Positions 60,721-64,000 of a stretch of 64,000 nt of DNA are shown piece after piece. Both the position numbers and the translations under genes were made by a program. Source of the stretch: Escherichia phage Ptacy1532; sequence record PQ863255.1; one strand, written 5' to 3'. Within the stretch, counting starts at the first letter, position 1; every line of letters starts with the position of its first letter. The notes under the pieces were generated by a model. It saw nothing but the letters and a program-made list of their open reading frames with translations. It did no database searches and had not been told where the DNA came from.

Positions 60721-60948
60721 TTACTCCTGTTGTTTACACTCGTCAATAACCCACTGATAAGTGGATTGCCCAGAAAAGAAACACTGAATAAATCCAGATG
60801 TTCTCTGCGTTACCAGTGCTAGTGCACAAATCACTACCGCTGCTGCTAGCAGTTTTAAATCTAATTTAGACATATTTCCTCTCATTGAATTTAAAAAAGG
60901 ACTCTCCGAAAAGAGCCAAGCTTTAAATCCAAAAAAGATATTACCCAA
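60721..60948 (-). CDS. small membrane/secreted protein (putative)
   Basis: 75-aa ORF; internal Met gives MSKLDLKLLAAAVVICALALV signal-like hydrophobic segment. Confidence 0.35.
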   Translation of the reverse strand: MGNIFFGFKAWLFSESPFLNSMRGNMSKLDLKLLAAAVVICALALVTQRTSGFIQCFFSGQSTYQWVIDECKQQE

Positions 60949-61109
60949 TATCTGTGGATAACCTGCTCTTAAAATATCTATCCGACGGATGTTCGAGGAT
61001 TGTTCCTCTCCCTAGCATCGGCCCCATACGGGAAATATATTAAGATTAGGTTAGTTGAGTCAGAATAACTCACATAGCCCTCCGAAGAAGGCTATAGGCG
61101 TTACTACAA

Positions 61110-61325
61110 CTAAAAATCACTTGATTTTACAAAATCATCACTAAGGATTTCGTCAATCTCTTTGCTAGTCAAATCTTTCCTGAACCAGCAACAAGGAACA
61201 TCCACCCATTGACCAGAGTTGTTTTCTACAGAGCATCTATTGCCTGTCTTACTCTTGCACTTATAGGTTTTCCCTTTGTCTAGACGATAGTGTATTCTGT
61301 AAACGATCGACACAAGTGCTATCAT
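61110..61325 (-). CDS. hypothetical Cys-rich protein (71 aa)
   Basis: ORF in operon. Confidence 0.35.
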   Translation of the reverse strand: MIALVSIVYRIHYRLDKGKTYKCKSKTGNRCSVENNSGQWVDVPCCWFRKDLTSKEIDEILSDDFVKSSDF

Positions 61326-61789
61326 TACTCTATCCTAACTGAAGGGCAGTATTTCTCTTTCTTGCTGCGATACATCACAACAATCCAGTTTGAATCACGA
61401 CGCTCTTTCTTACGTCGTTTCTTTTCAGCACGAGTTTCATATGTGCTAGTTCGGTGGTCACGGTATATTCCACGAAGTTCATGAAATGCCCAACTACCAC
61501 CAAACACTACACCAGCCAAAGCAGCCAAAGGTAAGGCACCAAGAGCAGGGGCAGTGAACCATGTCCACCAATTGAATGACAAAAAATTCTCATGTCCAAG
61601 GAGAGAGCCACCAATCATGGATAGTGCAGCGTATACAATCCCTAACAGCAGCGTCAGTGCAATGAAGTGCATCACTGTACGCCAGAAGTATTCGCAAAAG
61701 TTAGTCATATTATCCCAATGAGGGTTGGGTAAACCTGACATGGTTTTGTTTAACTTATGCAACCATCCGTTCTTGTTAATCTTGATCAT
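61325..61789 (-). CDS. membrane protein (putative)
   Basis: 154 aa; at least two hydrophobic helices (FIALTLLLGIVYAALSMIGG, APALGALPLAALAGVVFGG); basic C-terminus. Confidence 0.4.
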   Translation of the reverse strand: MIKINKNGWLHKLNKTMSGLPNPHWDNMTNFCEYFWRTVMHFIALTLLLGIVYAALSMIGGSLLGHENFLSFNWWTWFTAPALGALPLAALAGVVFGGSWAFHELRGIYRDHRTSTYETRAEKKRRKKERRDSNWIVVMYRSKKEKYCPSVRIE

Positions 61790-62022
61790 TACTCACCTTT
61801 CTTGGCACGATCTTTGGCAGTTTTACCAGTGCGGATGCGATGGGAAACGTTAACCAGAGTACCACCATCAACTACGGTAACGCTCTTGTTTTTAGCCAGA
61901 TCAAACACAGTCTTCTCTGTGCCACCCAAGCGAATTTGCTTAGGCTCACTGAAGGTTTGGGTTGATTTAGATTGGAACTGGAACGGTTGACGGATTGCAT
62001 CGATTGCGCTTACTTTAGACAT
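61789..62022 (-). CDS. hypothetical protein (77 aa)
   Basis: ORF with AAGGAA SD; hairpins upstream. Confidence 0.4.
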   Translation of the reverse strand: MSKVSAIDAIRQPFQFQSKSTQTFSEPKQIRLGGTEKTVFDLAKNKSVTVVDGGTLVNVSHRIRTGKTAKDRAKKGE

Positions 62023-62050
62023 AGGGGAAATTCCTTAAAAAGTTATGGCT

Positions 62051-62099
62051 GCGTAGAGGGAATTCCCTACGCAAATTGGGACGCCCACAGAGAGGCGTC
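62051..62099 (-). terminator. tandem hairpins (possible terminator/attenuator)
   Basis: GCGTAGAGGG-AATT-CCCTACGC palindrome (62051-62072) followed on minus strand by U-run; GACGCC-loop-GGCGTC hairpin (62080-62099). Confidence 0.3.
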
Positions 62100-62256
62100 A
62101 TAGTACTAAAAGGAGGAGAGAAGAGGGATTATTTAGCTACCTTTTTCTGTCCATTTACGAACCAGATAATTGAACCGTCAGGCTGTCGTTGACCGAAGCC
62201 TTTTTGGTTAATCATATCGTCATAAGAATATGCTTTACGTCTCATTTGTTTTCCTA

Positions 62257-62469
62257 TTAACAGGCGTAGTTACGTAGGTATACATGCCGATCTCTCAGCA
62301 CCTCACCAAGAAAAGATTTGTAATCTTCTGTTATGCCAGAATAAAACTTCTCTTTAGCTTCTTCTTCGGACACTTTCCACAACTTAGAAAGTTGGTTGAA
62401 CAAGATTTCCTCTGAGGAAAACAGTAGATAGGCATTCTGTATGAGTATGTCTTTCTCTTCTTGAGTCAT
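62257..62469 (-). CDS. hypothetical protein (70 aa)
   Basis: ORF in early operon. Confidence 0.4.
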   Translation of the reverse strand: MTQEEKDILIQNAYLLFSSEEILFNQLSKLWKVSEEEAKEKFYSGITEDYKSFLGEVLRDRHVYLRNYAC

Positions 62470-62478
62470 AGACCACCC

Positions 62479-62724
62479 TTACATTAGAGTTAAGATGATC
62501 TCTGCTTTGGCAAACTTCTCACCAACTTCAAGAGTGTCAGAAACAGGACGAGGTTCGCCTGTGCCTAAATTAACTGCTCTGCGATATCCACCAGATAGAG
62601 GCATCATCAAATAAATGACCTGACTGTCATCATCTTTTAAAGTAAAGATGTCAGCGATCGCTAGATCTTTAACAAAGAGTTTCTTTTCTTCTTCATGATG
62701 AACTTTGATATGTATTGTGCTCAT
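62479..62724 (-). CDS. small early protein, paralog family member 4
   Basis: 81 aa; shares length and spacing of hydrophobic/Gly positions with the three upstream genes (weakest member). Confidence 0.4.
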   Translation of the reverse strand: MSTIHIKVHHEEEKKLFVKDLAIADIFTLKDDDSQVIYLMMPLSGGYRRAVNLGTGEPRPVSDTLEVGEKFAKAEIILTLM

Positions 62725-62726
62725 GC

Positions 62727-62978
62727 CTACTCCTGAACCACTGACATACGAATCATTTCTACCTGATCATCAAGACCTTTAACAGATAATACACCTGTGG
62801 AAAGGTTTATCACAGGAACCCAGCCACTGGCTATGCGAATGTTACCAGAAGCATTTTCAACCCTCATGTAATACTGAGGAGAAGCACTTCCGTTCTGAAC
62901 TACGAAGGGGTTTCCGGGAATGATTGTTTCCAATCGTACCGTATTATCCTTTTTCTTAGGGATGATTTTCATTAGCAA
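62727..62978 (-). CDS. small early protein, paralog family member 3
   Basis: 83 aa; VRLETIIPGNPF...IRIASGWVPV pattern. Confidence 0.4.
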   Translation of the reverse strand: MLMKIIPKKKDNTVRLETIIPGNPFVVQNGSASPQYYMRVENASGNIRIASGWVPVINLSTGVLSVKGLDDQVEMIRMSVVQE

Positions 62979-63220
62979 TCACTCACTAAAAGTTCTGCCG
63001 ACACAGGAATAACTTGGCACCAGCTAGACGGTGCTGTTACGTTACCATCAGATAGACGGAGAGAGAGTACTCGATCAGAGTTAACGGTTACATTAGGACT
63101 TTCAGATACAGTCCCTTTGACATAGAGAGTAGCACTCTCGGGGAATTTAAACACTGCTCCGCTGGGAAGGGTGTTGAGATCAACCTTGGTCACTTCTTCT
63201 TTCTTGTGAGTAATCTTCAT
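62972..63220 (-). CDS. small early protein, paralog family member 2
   Basis: 82 aa; VDLNTLPSGAVFKF...RVLSLRLSDGNV...QVIPV aligns with member 1. Confidence 0.45.
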   Translation of the reverse strand: MKITHKKEEVTKVDLNTLPSGAVFKFPESATLYVKGTVSESPNVTVNSDRVLSLRLSDGNVTAPSSWCQVIPVSAELLVSDC

Positions 63221-63471
63221 TTAGAATCCTTAATAACGTTAGCTTCAACCTTAACAGGAATAACAGAGATGCCCTCAACGGGGCCACTTAAGTGTCCATC
63301 TTCCAGTCTGACACACACGACTCGATCTCGTGCAACTTCTACCCAATTAGTAGATGCCGCAGTACAGACCATATGAATTGGACCGTTCTCTTCCAGCCGG
63401 AAGGTATCGCCCTTCTTCAGAGTGTGGAGTTTCACAGTCTTGATAGTTTTGTTCAATTCGTTAACTTTCAT
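63217..63471 (-). CDS. small early protein, paralog family member 1
   Basis: 84 aa; VKLHTLKKGDTFRL...RVVCVRLEDGHL...SVIPV. Confidence 0.45.
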   Translation of the reverse strand: MKVNELNKTIKTVKLHTLKKGDTFRLEENGPIHMVCTAASTNWVEVARDRVVCVRLEDGHLSGPVEGISVIPVKVEANVIKDSK

Positions 63472-63479
63472 ATTGATTC

Positions 63480-63791
63480 CTATTTAAGTTTCAGGCTAAT
63501 ATTAAGGTGCATACATGCCCTGTTCTGTACAGCAGCATAGCTTCTACCGAGCATGTCAGCCATTCTCTGAATAGGCATGAACCCAGCATTACGGATAAGG
63601 AACTGATCTTCTTCTTCAGACCACTTAACTCGGATTGAAGCTCTTGATATTCCGAACTTAGTGCAAGCTGTGTTAACAGCATTCTCCGTTACATTCATAA
63701 TCTGAGCAACTTCTTTAACCGAGTACTCTTTGATTAATCTCCGAAGATTTTCAATCTGCATCGGAGTCCATATAGTTCTTCGCGCTTTCAT
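63480..63791 (-). CDS. HTH DNA-binding protein (putative early regulator)
   Basis: 103 aa; two HTH-like segments (VKEVAQIMNVTENAVNT and IQRMADMLGRSYAAVQNR); first gene of minus-strand operon; ends with TAG stop. Confidence 0.45.
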   Translation of the reverse strand: MKARRTIWTPMQIENLRRLIKEYSVKEVAQIMNVTENAVNTACTKFGISRASIRVKWSEEEDQFLIRNAGFMPIQRMADMLGRSYAAVQNRACMHLNISLKLK

Positions 63792-64000
63792 ATACCCTCC
63801 AATTAAAAAGAAGAAAACTATCAGGGGAGTACACTAGCTCTGGGCCACGCTGTAGACATCGGCCTACCTTCCACAGCTAATCAGCTAATGTACTCTCCTA
63901 ATAGTTTATGAATAGGGGGAGGGGACGAATCCTCCCATATCCTATTAATTAATATTGCATGTAAGATCTAACAATCGGTTGCCTTTGTAGGAATAAGCGT

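Noticed and set aside
63900-63960. GGGAGG-loop-CCTCCC hairpin near 63925-63950, considered as a tRNA T-arm
   Set aside because: Loop sequence and flanks do not fit a tRNA cloverleaf (no D-arm, anticodon arm or acceptor stem); no tRNA recognised anywhere by eye, though a tRNAscan run would be needed to exclude one.
63800-64000. Sigma70-type -35/-10 promoter upstream of the first early gene
   Set aside because: Only weak 4/6 matches (TTGTTA ... TAATTA) could be found; not convincing enough to annotate without 5'-end data.

Overview
This 64-kb window looks like most of the genome of a virulent, podovirus-type dsDNA phage of a Gram-negative host. Gene content (ECF-like sigma factor, T7-like replication genes, internal virion proteins) is reminiscent of phiEco32-like coliphages, but that is inference from memory, not a search result. 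Positions 1-28450 carry a plus-strand late module: terminase, portal, scaffold, major capsid with a probable -1 frameshift Ig-like extension, tail fibres, a lysis cassette, and internal virion proteins including a transglycosylase and a 1473-aa protein. Positions 28500-64000 carry a minus-strand early/middle module: an HTH regulator, arrays of small paralogous proteins, a T7-like replication set with the DNA polymerase split into two distant genes, nucleotide-metabolism genes, three HNH endonucleases, an ECF-like sigma factor and a spanin pair. The two modules converge on a bidirectional terminator near 28.46 kb. The most notable element is a ~9.5-kb minus-strand cluster (50967-60718) encoding a GGCT-like enzyme, a RimK-like ATP-grasp ligase, a class-II glutamine amidotransferase domain protein with a non-AUG start, one or two GS-fold amidoligases and several large unknown proteins. 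This is a candidate amide-bond or peptide-ligation system of unknown product and target. A 9-mer, TAATGTATA, recurs in intergenic regions upstream of genes and is a candidate phage-specific promoter element. No tRNA, CRISPR array, integrase or repressor was recognised by eye. All domain calls rest on motifs read directly from the translations; no database search was run.
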